Assembly (NCBI GenBank): GCA_030390025.1
Contig: CM059431.1
Location: 94,614,001 to 94,678,000 of the forward strand
From: Squalus acanthias
Lineage: Eukaryota
Length of the DNA stretch: 64,000 nucleotides
Reading direction: 5' to 3'
Positions within the stretch are counted from its first letter, which is position 1. Each line of letters starts with the position of its first letter. This document shows, one piece after another, positions 12,510-25,400 of the stretch. Under the pieces are notes generated by a model. The model searched no databases. It saw nothing but the letters and a program-made list of their open reading frames with translations, and had not been told where the DNA came from. The position numbers and the translations under genes are program-made.

Positions 12510-13120
12510 ATAGAGTACAAAAGCAAGGAAGTTATGATGAACCTGTAGAAAACACTGGTTCAACCTCAACTGGAGTATTGTGTCCAATTCTGGGCACCAC
12601 ACTTTAGGAAGGATGTGAAGGCCTTCGAGAGGGTGCAGAAAAGATTTACAAGAATGATTCCAGGGATAAGGGACTTCAGTTACATGGATAGACTAGAGAA
12701 GCTGGGGTTGTTCTCCTTAGAGCAGAGACAGTTGAGAGGAGATTTGATAGAGATGTTCAAAATCATGAGGGGTCTAGACAGAGTAGATAGAGAGAAACTT
12801 TTCCCATTGGCGAAGGGTCGAGAACCAGAGGACACAGATTTAAGGTGATTGGCAAAAGAACCAAAGGCGACATGAGGAAAAACTTTTTTATGCAACGAGT
12901 GGTTAGGATCTGGAATGCACTGCCTGAAAGGGTGGTGGAGGCAGACTCAATTGTGGCTTTCAAAAGGGAATTGGATAAGCACCTGAAGAAAAAAAATTTG
13001 CAGGGTTACGGGGAAAGGGCGGGGAGTGGGACTAGCTGAAGTGCTCTTGCAGAGAGCCGGCACGGGCTCAACTGGCCGAATGGCCTCCTTCTGTGCTGTA
13101 ACCATTCTGATTCTATAGAT
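12510..13120 (+). mobile_element. CR1 LINE 3' fragment
   Basis: RT C-terminal peptides (ORFs 12615..12848, 12845..13039) and an ATTCTAT-type tail. Confidence 0.88.
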
Positions 13121-13768
13121 AGATATAGTGAAGGAGAGAGAGAGGTAGACAAACATGAAGATGAGAGAGCTGAAGAGAAATAAAGGAGAGACAGGTAGAC
13201 AAAAGAGAAGGAAAGTGAAGGAGAGAGAAGTGAGGTAGGGAGGCAGACAAAAGAGAAGAGTGAGAGAGGTAAGCAGAAGTGATGGGGAGAGGTAAGCAGA
13301 AGTGATGGAGAGTGGTAGAACATTGTGAAGGAATGAGAGGTAGACAGCATTGAAGGAGAGAGATATAGACTGAAGTGAAGGATAGAGGTATAAGGAAGTA
13401 GTGGGGAGGTAGACAGCAGTGAAGCAGAGATAGTTAGACAGAAGTGAAGGAGAGATGGGTAAACAGAAGTGATGGGGAGAGATAGACAGAAGTGAAGGAG
13501 AGCGAGCAGCGAAGGAGAGACGTAAACTGTAGTGAAGGAGATAGTAAGACAAAAATGAAGGAGAGAGAGGTAGACAGAGTGAAGGAGAGGGAAGTAGACA
13601 GAGTGAAGGAGCAAGGGCTGGGTAATAGAGAGGTAGACAGAGTGAAGGAGAGGGAAGTAGACAGACGTGAAGAGAGAAAGGGGTAGACTGAAGTGATGAG
13701 CTGAGTTAGACAGAAGTGATGGAGATAGACAAAGGTAAAGGAGCAAGGTGGACTGAAGTGAAGGATCA
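13121..13768 (+). repeat. Purine-rich ~21-bp minisatellite (GAGAGGTAGACAGAAGTGAAG), block 1
   Basis: Degenerate tandem units; the + strand is strongly G/A-biased. Confidence 0.88.
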
Positions 13769-14410
13769 ATTAGGTACAGCAAGCAATTAGGAAGGCAAAT
13801 GGCATGTTGGTCTTTATTGTTAGGGGGTTGAAGTACATGCATAAGGAGGTCTTGCTGCAATTGTACAGGGCTTTGGTGAGTTCACACCTAGAGTACTCTG
13901 TACAGTTTTGTTCTCCATACCTAAAGAAGGATATACTTGCCTTAGAGGCAGTGCAACAAAGTTTGACTAGATTGATTCCTGGGATGAGAGGGTTGTCCCA
14001 TGAGGAGAGATTGAGTAGAATGGGCCTATATTCACTGGAGTTTAGCAGATTGAGAGGTGATCTCATTGAAACAGAAGATCAGAGAGTGTTTGACAGAGTA
14101 GATGTGAGAGGCTGTTTCCCCTGGCTGGGGAGTCTAGAACTAGAGGATACAGTCTCAGAATAAGGGGTCGGCCATTTAGGATTGAGATGAGGAGAAATTT
14201 CTTCACTCAGAGGGCTGTTGTTGCTGAATCGTTGAGTATATTCAAGGCTGAGATCGATAGATTTTTGAACTCTAATGGAATCAAGGAATATGGGGATCGG
14301 ATGGGAAAGTGGAGTTGAGGTCGAAGATCAGCCATGATCTTATTGAATGGCGGAGCAGGCTCGAGGGGCCGAATGGCCGACTCCTGCTCCTATGTCTTGT
14401 GTTCTTGTGT
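13769..14410 (+). mobile_element. CR1 LINE 3' fragment inserted in the minisatellite
   Basis: ORF 13804..14163 RT C-terminus and CR1 tail. Confidence 0.88.
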
Positions 14411-15325
14411 AAGGAGAGAGAGGTAGACAGAAGTGAAGGAGATAGAAGTAGACTGAAGTGAAGGAGTTAGAGGTTAACAGAAGTGAAGGAGAGAGGTCGG
14501 CTGAAGTGAATGGAAGTGGAATAGAAGTGAGAGTGAAGTAGTTAGTAGTGATGGAAATTGAGATAGACAGAAGTGAAGGAGAGACTAACGAAGAGAGAGG
14601 TAGGCAATAGTGAAGGAGAGAGAGGAAGACAGAAGTGAAGGAGAGAAAGTTAGACATAAATAGTGGGCAGGTACACTGTAGTGAAGGAAAGAGAGAGGTA
14701 GGCAATAGTGAAGGAGAAAGTGATAGACAGAAGTAAAAGAGAGAGAGGTTGAAAGAAATGATGAGGATAGGCAGGCAGAAGTGAGGGAGAAAGGAAGAGA
14801 GAGAGAGGTAGGCTGAAGTGAAGGAGGGAGGTTAACAGAAGGGAAGAAGTGTGAGGTAGACAGAAGTGTTGGGGTGAGGTAAACAGAAGTGAAGGAAAGA
14901 GAGGTGGGAAGGAGAGAGGTAGACATCAATGAAGGAGAGAGGTAGACAGTAGTGAAGGAGAAAGAGGTAGACAGTAGTGAAGGAGAGAGGTAGACAGTAG
15001 TGAAGGAGAAAGAGGTAGACAGTAGTGAAGGAGAGAGGTAGACAGTAGTGAAGGAGAGAGGTAGACAGTAGTGAAGGAGAGAGGCAGGCAGAGATGAAGA
15101 GGGAGGGAGGTAGACAGAAGTGATGGGGAGAGTTAAACAGAAATGAAAGAGAGTGAGGTAGACAGGAGTGAAGGAGAGAGATGGACTGAAGCGAAGGAAA
15201 GAGAAGTAGACAGATGTGATGGGGTGAATTAGGCAGCGGTGCAGGAGAGAGGCAAACAGACGTGAAGAGAGTAAGGGTGAGGTAGACTGAAGTGAAGGAG
15301 AGAGAGGTAGACAAAAGTGACAGGG
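14411..15325 (+). repeat. Purine-rich minisatellite, block 2
   Basis: Same unit, with a homogeneous sub-array at ~14931-15080. Confidence 0.88.
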
Positions 15326-15451
15326 AGACGGCTAACATAAATGGGAATCCAAAGGTCTTCTATAGTCAGAGGAGCAGTGGGGTCGATTAGGGAACAAAAT
15401 AGAAAACTATTGGTGGAGGCAGAAGGCACGGCTGAGGTGCAAAATGAGTTT

Positions 15452-18254
15452 TTCTTTCTATTTGTTCCTGGGATGTGGGTGTCGCTGGCAAGGCCAGCAT
15501 TTATTGCCCATCCGTTTTTTTTTACATTCGTTTATGGGATGTGGGCATTGCTGGAAAGACCAGCATTTATTGCACATCCCTAATTGCCCTTGAGAAGTGG
15601 GTGGTGAGCCGCCTTCTTGAACCGCTGCAGTCCGTGTGGTGAAGGTACTCCCACAGTGTTGTTAGGTAGGGAGTTCCAGGATTTTGACCCAGCGACGATG
15701 AAGGATTGGCGATATATTTCCAAGTCAGGATGGTGTGTGACTTAGAGCAGAACCTGGAGGTGGTGGTGTTCCCATGCACCTGCTGCCCTTGTCCTTCTAG
15801 GTGGAAGAGGTCGTGGGTTTGGGAGGTGCTGCCGAAGAAGCCTTGGCGAGTTGCTGCAGTGCATCTTGTAGATGGTACACACTGCAGCCACGGTACGCTA
15901 GTGGTGGAGGGAGTGAACGTTTAAGGTGGTGGATGAGGTGCCAATCAAGCGGGCTGCTTTGTCATGGATGGTGTCGAGCTTCTTGAGTGTTGTTGGAACT
16001 GCACTCATCCAGGCAAGTGGAGAGAATTACATCACACTCCTTACTTGTGCTTTGTAGGTGGAAAGGCTTTGGGGAGTCAGGAGGTGAGACACTCGCCGCA
16101 GAATACCTAGCCTCTGACCTGCTCTTGTTGCCACAGTATTTCTGTGGCTGGTCCAGTTAAGTTTCTGGTCAATGGTGACTCCCAGGATGTTGATGGTGGG
16201 GCGTTCGGCGATGGTAATGCCGTTGAATGTCAAGGGGAGGTGGTTAGACTCTCGCTTGTTGGAGATATTCATTGCCTGGCACTTCTGTGGCGCACATGTT
16301 ACCTGCCACTTATCAGCCCAAGCCTGAACGTCGTCCAGGTCTTGTTGCATGCGGGCATGGACTGCTTCATTATCTGAGGAGTTGCGAATGGCGCTGAAAA
16401 CTGTGCAGTCATCAGCGAACATCCCCATTTCTGACCTTATGTTGGAGGGAAGGTCATTGATGAAGCTGCTGAATGTGGTTGGGCCTAGGACACTGCCTTG
16501 AGGAACTCCTGCAGCGATGTCCTGGGGCTGTGATGATTGACCTTCAACCACCACAACCATCTTCCTTTGTGCTAGGTATGACTCCAGCCAGTGGAGAGTT
16601 TTCCCCAAATTGCCATTGACTTCAGTTTTACTAGGGCTCCTTGATGCCACACTCGGTCAAATGCTGCCTTGATGTCAAGGGCAGTCACTCTCACCTCACC
16701 TCTGGAATTTAGCTCCTTTGTCCATGTTTGGACCAAGGCTGTAATGAGGTCGGGAGCCGAGTGGTCTTGGCAGAACCCAAACTGGGCATCAGTGAGCAGG
16801 ATATTGATGAGTAAGTGCCACTTGATAGCACTGTCAATGACACCTCCCATCACTTTGCTGATGATTGAGAGTAGACTGATGGGGCGTTAATTGGCCAGAT
16901 TAGATTTGTCCTGCTTTTTGTGGACAGAAAATACCTGGGCAGTTTTCCACATTGTCGGATAGATGCCAGTGTTGTAGCTGTACTGGAACATCTTGGCTAG
17001 AGGCGCGGCTAGTTCTAGAGCACAAGTCTTCAGCACGATAGCCGGAATGTTGTTGGGGCCCATAGCCTTTGCTGTATCCAGTGCGCTCAGCCGTTTCTTG
17101 CACATGGAGTGAATCGAATTGGCTGATTCTGGCTTCCGTGATGGTGGGGACCTCAGGAGGAGGCCGATATGCATCATCCACTCGGCACTTCTGGCTGAAG
17201 ATGGTTGCAAATGCTTCAGCCTTGTCTTTTGCACTCATGTGCTGGGCTCCAACATCATTGAGGATGGGGATATTCATGGAGCCTCCTCCTCCCATTAGTT
17301 GTTTAATGGTTCACCACCATTCACGACTGGATGTGGCAGGACTGCAGAGCTTTGATCTGATCCGTTGATTGTGGGATCGCTTAGCCCTGTTTATAGCATG
17401 ATGCTTCTGCTTTTTAGCATACCTGTAGTCCTGTGTTGCAGCTTCCCCAGGTTGGCACCTCATTTTTAGGTACGCCTGGTGCTACTCCTGGCATGCTCTT
17501 CTACACTCCTTATTGGCTTGATGGTAATGGTAGAGTGAGGGATATGCTGGGCCATGAGGTTACAGATTGTGGTGGAATACAATTCTGCTGCTGCTGATAG
17601 TCCACAGTGCCTCATGGATGCCCAGTTTTGAGCTGCTAGTTCTGTTCTGAATCTATCCCATTTAGCACAGTGGTAGTGCCACACAACACGATGGAGGGTG
17701 TCCTCAGTGTGAAGATGGGTCTTCGTCTCCACAATGACTGTGCAGTGGTCACTGCTACCAATACTGTCATGGACTGATGCATCTGCGACAGGTAGATTGG
17801 TGAGAACGAGGTCAAGTAGGTTTTTCCCTCATGTTGGTTCTCTCACCACCTGTCGCAGGCCCAGACTGGCAGCTATGTCCTTCAGGACTCGGCCAGCTCG
17901 GTCAGTAGTGGTGCTACCGAGCCACTGTTGGTGATGGACATTGAAGTCCCCCACCCAGTGTACATTCTGTGCCCTTGCTACTCTCAGTGCTTCTTCCAAG
18001 TGGTGTTTAACATGGAGGAGTACTGATTCATCAGCTGAGGGAGGGCGGTAGGTGGTAATCAGCAGGAGGTTTCCTTGCCCATGCTTGACCTGAAGCCATG
18101 AGACTTCATGGGGTCCGGAGTCAATGTTGAGGACTCCCAGGGCCACTCCTTCCTGACTGTATACCCCTGGTGGGTCTGTCCTGCAGGTGGGACAGGACAT
18201 ACCCAGGGATGGTGATGGAGGAGTTTGGGACATTGGCTGAAAGGTATGATTCTG
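15452..18254 (-). mobile_element. CR1-group LINE of a different family (L2/Crack/Daphne-like), endonuclease plus RT, degraded
   Basis: TYRPPS and VGDFNVH endonuclease motifs; ALDIKAAFDRVWH, GVPQGSVLGP, FADD and YKAQVRSVM RT motifs. Possible TSD TGAGTTT (15445-15451, 18255-18261) within a + strand CR1. Confidence 0.85.
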
Positions 18255-19441
18255 TGAGTTTGCATCTGTGTTTGCCATAGTCTTTGCCAAATCTATAATA
18301 AAATAAGAGGTTGCTAGGATACTGGGTGAGATAAAAATAGATAAAGAGGAGGTACTAGAAAGGCTGACAGTACTTAAAGTGGATAAGTTACCCAGTCCGG
18401 ATGGGATGCATCCTAAGTTGCTGAGGGAAGTAAGGGTAGAAATTGCGGAGGTGCTGGCCACAATCTTCCAATCCTCCTTAGATACAGGGGTGATGTCAAA
18501 GGACTGGAGGATTTCAAATGTACACCCTTGTTCAAAAAAGGGGAGAAGGATAAATCTGCCAATTACAGGCCAGTCAGTTTAATGTCGGTAGTGGGTTAGA
18601 AACAATAATCCGGGAGAAAATTAACAGCCACTTGGACAAGCATGGACTAATAAACGAGAGCCAGCATGAATTTGTTAAGGGAAAATCGTGTTTGATTAAT
18701 TTGACTGTGAGTTTTTTGATGAGGTAACAGAGAGGGTGGATGAGGGCAGTGCAGTTGATGTTGTGTATATGGACTTTCAAAAGGTGTTTGATAAAGTACC
18801 AAATATTAGGCTTGTTAGCAAAATTGAAGCCCATAGGATAAAAGAGCAGTAGTAGCATGGATAGAAAACAGAGAGTTGTGGTGAATGGCTGTTTTTCAGA
18901 CTGGAGGGAGGTACACAGTGGCATTCCCCAAGGTTCAGTACTAGGACCACTGCTGTTTTTACTATACGTTAATGACTTGGACTTCCAGGTACTGGGCACA
19001 ATTTCTAAATTTGCAAATGACACGAAACTTAGAAGTATAGTGAACAGTGAGGAGGATAATGATAGACTTCAAGAGGACATAGACAGCTTGGTGGAATAGG
19101 GGGCACATGGCAGATGAAATTCAATGCAGAAAAGTGTGAGGGAATACATTTTGTTAGGAAGAATGACGAGAGGCCATACATACTAAGTGGTACTATTTTA
19201 AAGGGGGTGCAAGAACAGAGCGATCTGGGGGTGCTTGTGTACAAATCTTTGAAGGTTAACAATGCAGTTAATAAAGCATATGGGATCCTGAGCTTTATTA
19301 ATAGAGGCATAGAGTACAAAAGCCAGGAAGTTATGCTAAACTTATATAAAACACTAGTTCGACCCCAGCTGGAGTATTGAGTCCAATTCTGGGCACCACA
19401 CATTAGGAAGGACGTGAAGGCTTTGGAGAGGGTACAAAAGA
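18255..19441 (+). mobile_element. CR1 LINE RT fragment (host element; also 15326-15451 and 22176-22652)
   Basis: RT motifs. The sequence GAGAGGGTACAAAAG resumes as AGGTTTACTAGAATG at ~22181. Confidence 0.85.
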
Positions 19442-22175
19442 TCTGGTGCTGGGGAATGAGGTGGGCCAGGTCGACCAAGTGTCTGTGGGAGAACACTTGG
19501 GTACGAGTGATCATCGTATCATAAGATTTAGATTAGCAAAGGAGAGGAGCAAGGAACAATCTAGAGTGGAACTTCTAAACTGGAATAGGGCTAACTTCAA
19601 TGGGATGCGAAAGGATCTAGCCAGGGTAAATTGGAACCAAGGACTGACAGGAAAAACTGTAAAGGAACAATGGGTGATCTTTAAGGAGGAGATGTTCCAA
19701 GTACAGGCTAGGTACATTCCAACAAGAGGGAAGGGTAAGGGAACCAAAGCAAGGGCTCCTTGGATGGCGAGGGAGATAGAGAAGATGATGAAACAAAAAA
19801 AGAGGGTGTATGATGCATGTCAGGTGAATTCTTCAAGGGAGAACCAGACCAAATACAATAAGTTGAGAGGGAATGTGAAGATGAAAATAAGATTGGCAAA
19901 GAGAGAATATGAGAGTAGAATGGCGGTTAACTTAAAAGGGAACCCAGAAATCTTCGACTGGCATGTAAACAGTAAGCGGGTAGTAAGAGGCAGGGTGGGG
20001 CCTATTAGAGACAAAAAAGGTGATATATGCTTAGAGACACAGGGCAAGGCTAGAATACTCAATGAGTACTTTGTATCGGTGTTTACTAAGGAGGTGGATG
20101 CTGACAAAATATTGGTAGGAGTGGAAAATGTAGAAGCAATGACAGGGGTGAATATTGATAGACAGGATGAACTAGAAAGGCTGGGTATGCTCAGAGTGGA
20201 CAAGTTGCCAGGTCCAGATGGCTTGCATCCCAGGTTGCTAATGAAATTGGGGGAGGAGATAGCGGAAGGGCTTGCCATAATTTTCCAATCTTCCCTAGAT
20301 GCGGGGGAGGTGCCTGAGGATTGGAAAGTGGCAAATGTGACACCATTGTTCAAGAAAGGGTGTAAGGACAATCCTAGTAACTACAGTTTAACATTAGTGG
20401 TGGGTAAAGTTTTAGAAACAATAATCAAGGAAAAATTAACGGGCACTTGGAGAGGTTTAAGCTAATTAAGGAGAGCCAACACGGATTTGTAAAAGGTAGA
20501 TCGTATTTGACTAATCTAACTTAATTTTTTGATGAAGTAACAGAGGATTGATGAAGGGAATGCAATGGATGTTGTCTACATGGATTTTCGGAAGGCATTT
20601 GACAAAGTATCACATAGAAGGCTGGTTATCTAAATTGAGGCTCACGGAATAGGTGGGTCAGTAGCAGTTTGAATAAGGAATTGGCTTAAGGACAGAAAAC
20701 AGCAAGTTGTGGTAAATGGCTGTTTTCAGACTGGAGGATGGTAGACAGTGGTGTCCCCCAAGGGTCAGTGCTGGGGCCACTGCTTTTTTTGATAAATATA
20801 AATGACCTGGATATTGGAATACAGAGTAGAATTTCTAAATTTGCCAACGACACCAAACTTGGGGGCGTGGCAAACAGTGAGGATGATACCAATCGACTGC
20901 AACAGGACATAGAAAGGCTAGCAGAATGGGCAGACAAGTGCAGATGGAATTTAATACAGAGAAGTATGAGGTGATGCATTTTGGCAGAAGGAACAGGGAG
21001 AGGCAATATACACTTAATAGCACAGTTTTAAAGAGTGTGCAGGGATCTGGGAGTTAATGTGCATAGGTCCCTGAAGGTGGCAGGACATATTGAGAGAGTG
21101 GTTAGCAAAGCATATGGGACCTTGGGCTTCATAAATAGAGGTATTGAGTACAAAAGTAGAGAAGTTATGCTGAACCTTTATAAAGCGCTGGTTAGCTCAC
21201 AACTGAAGTATTGCATCCAGTTCTGGTCACCACACTTTAGGAAGGATGTGAAGGCCCTTGAGAGGGTGCAGAGAAGATTTGCCAGAATGGTTCCGGGGAT
21301 GGGGGATCTTAGCTACAAGGACAGGTTGGAGAAGCTGGATTTGTTTTCATTAGAACAAAGGAGGTTGAGGGGTGATTTGATAGACGTGTACAAGATTATG
21401 ACGGGTTTGGATAGGCTAGACGGGGAAAGGCTGTTCCCACTAGTTACATAGAAACATAGAATCTAGGAGCAGGAGTAGGCCATTCGGCCCGTCGAGCCTG
21501 CTCCGCCATTCAATACGATCATGGCTGATCATCCAAATCCAGTACCCTGTCCCTGCTTTAATCCCCACAGTACACATATCCCACCCTACCCCCGTAACCC
21601 CACGTATTTAATTCCCCCTAACATATCCCATCCTATCCCCATAACCCCACATATTTAATTCCCCCTAACACTAAGGGTCAATTTATCATAGCCAAATCAA
21701 CCTAACCCACACATTTTTGGACTGTGGGAGGAAACCGGAGCACCCGGAGGAAACCCACGCAGACACGGGGAGAATGTGCAAACTCCACACAGACAGTCAC
21801 CCGAGGTCAGATTCGAACCCGGGTCTCTGGCGCTGTGAGGCACCAGTGCTAACCACTATGCCACCGTGTTGCCCACGGTACAAGGACTAGGGGACACAGA
21901 TTTAAGGTTTTGGGCAAGAGATACAGGGGAGATGTGAGGAAAAGCTTTTTTATGCAGCGAGTGGTGAGGACCTGTAATTTACTGCCGATGGAAGTGGTGG
22001 AAGCAGAGACAATCAATGTTTTCAAGGGGAGACTGGATAGGCACTTGAGGGAAATAAACTTGCAGGGCTACAGGGATAGAGCGGGGGTGTGGGACTGACT
22101 GGATTGCTCTACAGAGAGCCGGCACGGACTCGATGGGCAGAATGGCCTCCTTCTGTGCCGTATGACTCTATGATT
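19442..22175 (+). mobile_element. CR1 LINE (5'-truncated ORF2 to tail) nested within another CR1
   Basis: ORFs 19446..20465 (HLGTSDH, linker) and 21035..21451, with a TATGACTCTATGATTC tail. Confidence 0.88.
21446..21874 (-). mobile_element. tRNA-derived V-SINE (HE1-like) with CR1-derived tail
   Basis: The minus strand has A box TGGCATAGTGG, B box GGTTCGAATC, the V-domain GTGGGTTTCCTCCGGGTGCTCCGGTTTCCTCCCACA and a TTCTATGT tail. Confidence 0.9.
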
Positions 22176-22652
22176 CGAAGAGGTTTACTAGAATGGTGCC
22201 AGAGATGAGGGATTACAGTTACGTGGATAGCCTGGAGAAGCTGAGTTGTTCTCCTTAGAGCAGAGAAGACTAAGAGGAGGTTTCATAGAGGTGTTTAAAA
22301 TCACACAGCGTTTAGTGTAAATATAGAGAAACTGTTTCCAATGGCTGAAGGGTTGATAACAAGAGGGCACAGATTTAAGCCGATTGGCAAAAGAAGCAGG
22401 GGCGACATGAGGAAAAACTTTTTTACGCAATGTGTGGTTAGGATTTTGAAAGCACTGCCTGAAAGGGTGGTGGATGCAGATTCAATAGTAGCCTACAAAA
22501 GGGAATTGAATAAATACTTGAAGTAGAAAAAATTGCAGGGCTATGGGGAAGTAGTGGGGGAGTGGGACCAACTGGATTTCTATTCGAAAGAGCCAACGCA
22601 GACTCAATGGGCCGAATGGCTTCCTTCTTTGCTGTACTATTCTATGATTCTA
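22176..22652 (+). mobile_element. CR1 3' end (continuation of 18255-19441)
   Basis: RGHRFK / RKNFFTQ peptide and CR1 tail. Confidence 0.85.
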
Positions 22653-23179
22653 TGAAAGAGAGGTAGACAGAAGTGAATGAGAGAGAAGGAGAGAGACATA
22701 GGCAGAACTGAAGGAGAGAGAGGTACACAGAAGTTAAGGAGGGAGAGATAGTTGGAAGCAAAGGAGAGAGAGTAAGACAGTAGTGAAGGACAGATAGACT
22801 GTGAAGGAGAGAGGGGTAAACAGAAGTTAATGAGATAAAAAGAGAAAAAAGTGAAGGAGAGAGGTACATAGAAGTGAAGGAGTTAGAGTTAGACATAAGG
22901 GATGGAGAGAGGTAGATAGAACAGAAGTAGAGAAAGTTAGAAAGAAAAAGAGAGTGAGGTAAACAGAAGTGGTTTGGCGAGGTAGACAGAAGTGAAGGAG
23001 AGCGAGGTGGGAAGGAGAGAAGTAGACAGAAGTGAAGGAGAGCGAGGTGGGAAGGAGAGAAGTAGACAGAAGTGAAGGAGAGCGAGGTGGGAAGGAGAGA
23101 AGTAGACAGAAGTGAAGGAGAGCGAGGTGGGAAGGAGAAAAGTAGACAGAAGTGAAGGCGAAAGAGGTAGACAGAAGTG
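22653..23179 (+). repeat. Purine-rich minisatellite, block 3, with a 40-bp higher-order unit x4 (22981-23140)
   Basis: Near-identical repeats of (A/G)GTAGACAGAAGTGAAGGAGAGCGAGGTGGGAAGGAGAGA. Confidence 0.9.
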
Positions 23180-24988
23180 TGAGCTTCAAAGAAGTGACTC
23201 GACACAATGCTGAATAACTATGAAAGCATGCTCACAGACAGTTATGAGGGCATCACTGGGTATGATGTGCATATCCGCATCAAGTCCAACGCTAAGCCTG
23301 TCTATTGTAAGGCAAGGCCGGCCCCCTATGCATTGAAAAGTCAGGTGGAGGAAGAGCTAGCGAAGCTCAGAGAGAACGGAGTGCTAGTAAAAACTGACAA
23401 AAGTGAATGGGCTACCCCGATTGTGGTAGTGCCCAAAGCAGGCAAAACTGTACGCTTGTGCGGTGACTACAAAGTTACTACCAACCAAGCAGTTGACGAT
23501 GAGCAGCACCCGTTACCTACATCACAAGATTTGTATACAGCACTCTCTGGGTCAAAGGTTTTCTCCAAGCTTGACCTGTCGCATGCTTACACTCAGCCGA
23601 ATGTTGGCAAAGAGAGTCAACAGTATCTCACCATCAACACACACAAGGGACTGTACTCATACACCAAGCTGCCGTATGGTGTAAAGTACTCCCCCAAAAT
23701 CTTCCAGGCTACGATGGATAAGATTTTGCAAGGAGTTCCAAATTGCTTACGCAATCAAGACGATGTGCTGATCGCAACAAGCAGCGAGGAAGAAAATCTA
23801 GAAGTGTTAGGTATAGTGTTTCAAAGATCGAATGCCCACAATGTCAAATTGAAAAGCCACAGAACGTGTCTGAGTTAAGATCTTTCCTTGGAATGGTCCA
23901 GCACTACGCGCATTTCTTACCTGAGTTAGCGACCATGTTAGCTCCATTGCATGAGCTCTTCAAGAAGGATGTCCAGTGGAAGTGGACGAAAGCACAACAG
24001 AAAGCTTACGACGCTTGTAAGAGAAGTCTCTCTAGTGATGCTCTACTTGTGCACTATGACACAGAGCGTGAGCTTAAGTTAGCGTGTGATGCTTCCAGCT
24101 ACGGTGTGGGAGCTGTCATAAGCCACGTAATGGATGATGGCCAAGAGAAACCAATCGCTTTCGCATCGCAAACCCTCACAAAGAGAGAAAGAAACTATGC
24201 GCAAATTGAAAAGGAAGCACTCACCATAGTGTTTGGAATCAAGAAATTTCAACAGTTCCTGATCAGCAGAAAGTTTACCCTGATAACCGATCACAACCAC
24301 TTTTAGCAATATTGGGGCCCAAATCTGCCATCAGTGTAATGGCCACATCAAGAATGCAACGTTGGGCTGTGTTGTTGTCACAATATGACGACACGATTGA
24401 ATATCGCACTTCAAAGCAAAACACAATCGCAGATGCCTTGTCCAGGTTGCCACATGAAGACTCATGTGTTGGGAGTGAAGGTGAGATTTTCACACTAGGT
24501 GCAGTTGACAAAGACTTTCCCATGAATGCAACTGAGATTGCAGATGAGACTCAAAAGAACTCAGTTCAGACTTCAGTAACTGTAGTATCAGGTTCAAACA
24601 AGTGTGAGATAGAAACAGGATCATCTTTGAGTTCGGAACCAAAACAAAACAGCCCGAAATTTGGTTCAACAGCAAAACCTTCTTTAAGGAGATCAAGAAG
24701 GCTCCGCAAACCTGTTATTAAACTGGATTTGTAGTACATTTAAAAGAAAAAAAGCCAGGAGTTTTTGTTATGTGGTACATGTAATGCTGGGAAAGGGGGG
24801 ACCATAGTTCTGTTGTATTTGAGAGGGGAATATGTACTTTTTTTAAAAGGGAAAGCAGTGTAATGTGACATGGTTTGTCACATGGTTTAGTATGAGCATG
24901 CTCAGTTCACTCTGGCCTAGTAAAGCAAGCACATGAACTAGCAACTCATCGTGTCTCTGTCCTTCAATTGTTCACCCACATATATTAC
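23180..24988 (+). mobile_element. Gypsy/Ty3 LTR retrotransposon remnant: RT-RNase H, integrase deleted, short 3' LTR (~24859-24988)
   Basis: WATPIVVV, RLCGDYK, FSKLDL, LPYGV, CDASSYGVGAV, NYAQIEKE and ADALSRL motifs. A polypurine tract AAAAGGGAAAGCAG precedes TGTAAT. Confidence 0.88.
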
Positions 24989-25180
24989 TGAGAGGTCGAC
25001 AGAAGAGAAAGAGAGTGAAATAGACAGAAGTGAAGGAAAATGAGGTAGACAGAAGTGAAGGAGAGAGAGGTAGAAAGAAGTAATGCGGAGAGGTCATTAG
25101 AACAGAAGGAGAAAGATATAGACAGAAGTAGAGGGGCGAGGTAGACAGATATGATGGACAAAAAGATAGACATAACTGAA

Positions 25181-25400
25181 GGACAAATGTGAGAAGTCGC
25201 ACAACACCAGATTATAGTCCAACAGCTTTATTTGAAATCACAAGCTTTCGGAGCGCTGCTCCTTCGAAGGAGCAGCTTCACCTGACGAAGGAGCAGCGCT
25301 CCGAAAGCTTGTGATTTCAAATAAAGCTGTTGGACTATAACCTGGTGTTGTGCGACTTCTCACATTTGTCCACCCCAGTCCAACACCGGCAGCTCCACAT
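25181..25400 (+). mobile_element. Penelope-like element terminus with inverted duplication (86-bp arm palindrome)
   Basis: Arms 25181-25266 and 25286-25371 are reverse complements with 1 mismatch. The element is flanked by direct repeat CATAACTGAA (25171-25180, 25401-25410) and contains a hammerhead core. Confidence 0.8.
25278..25314 (+). ncRNA. Minimal type I hammerhead ribozyme motif
   Basis: TCAC-CTGACGA-A-GGAGC(AGC)GCTCC-GAAA-GC-TT-GTGA: stem I TCAC/GTGA, stem II GGAGC/GCTCC, palindromic AGCT in place of stem III. Confidence 0.75.
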
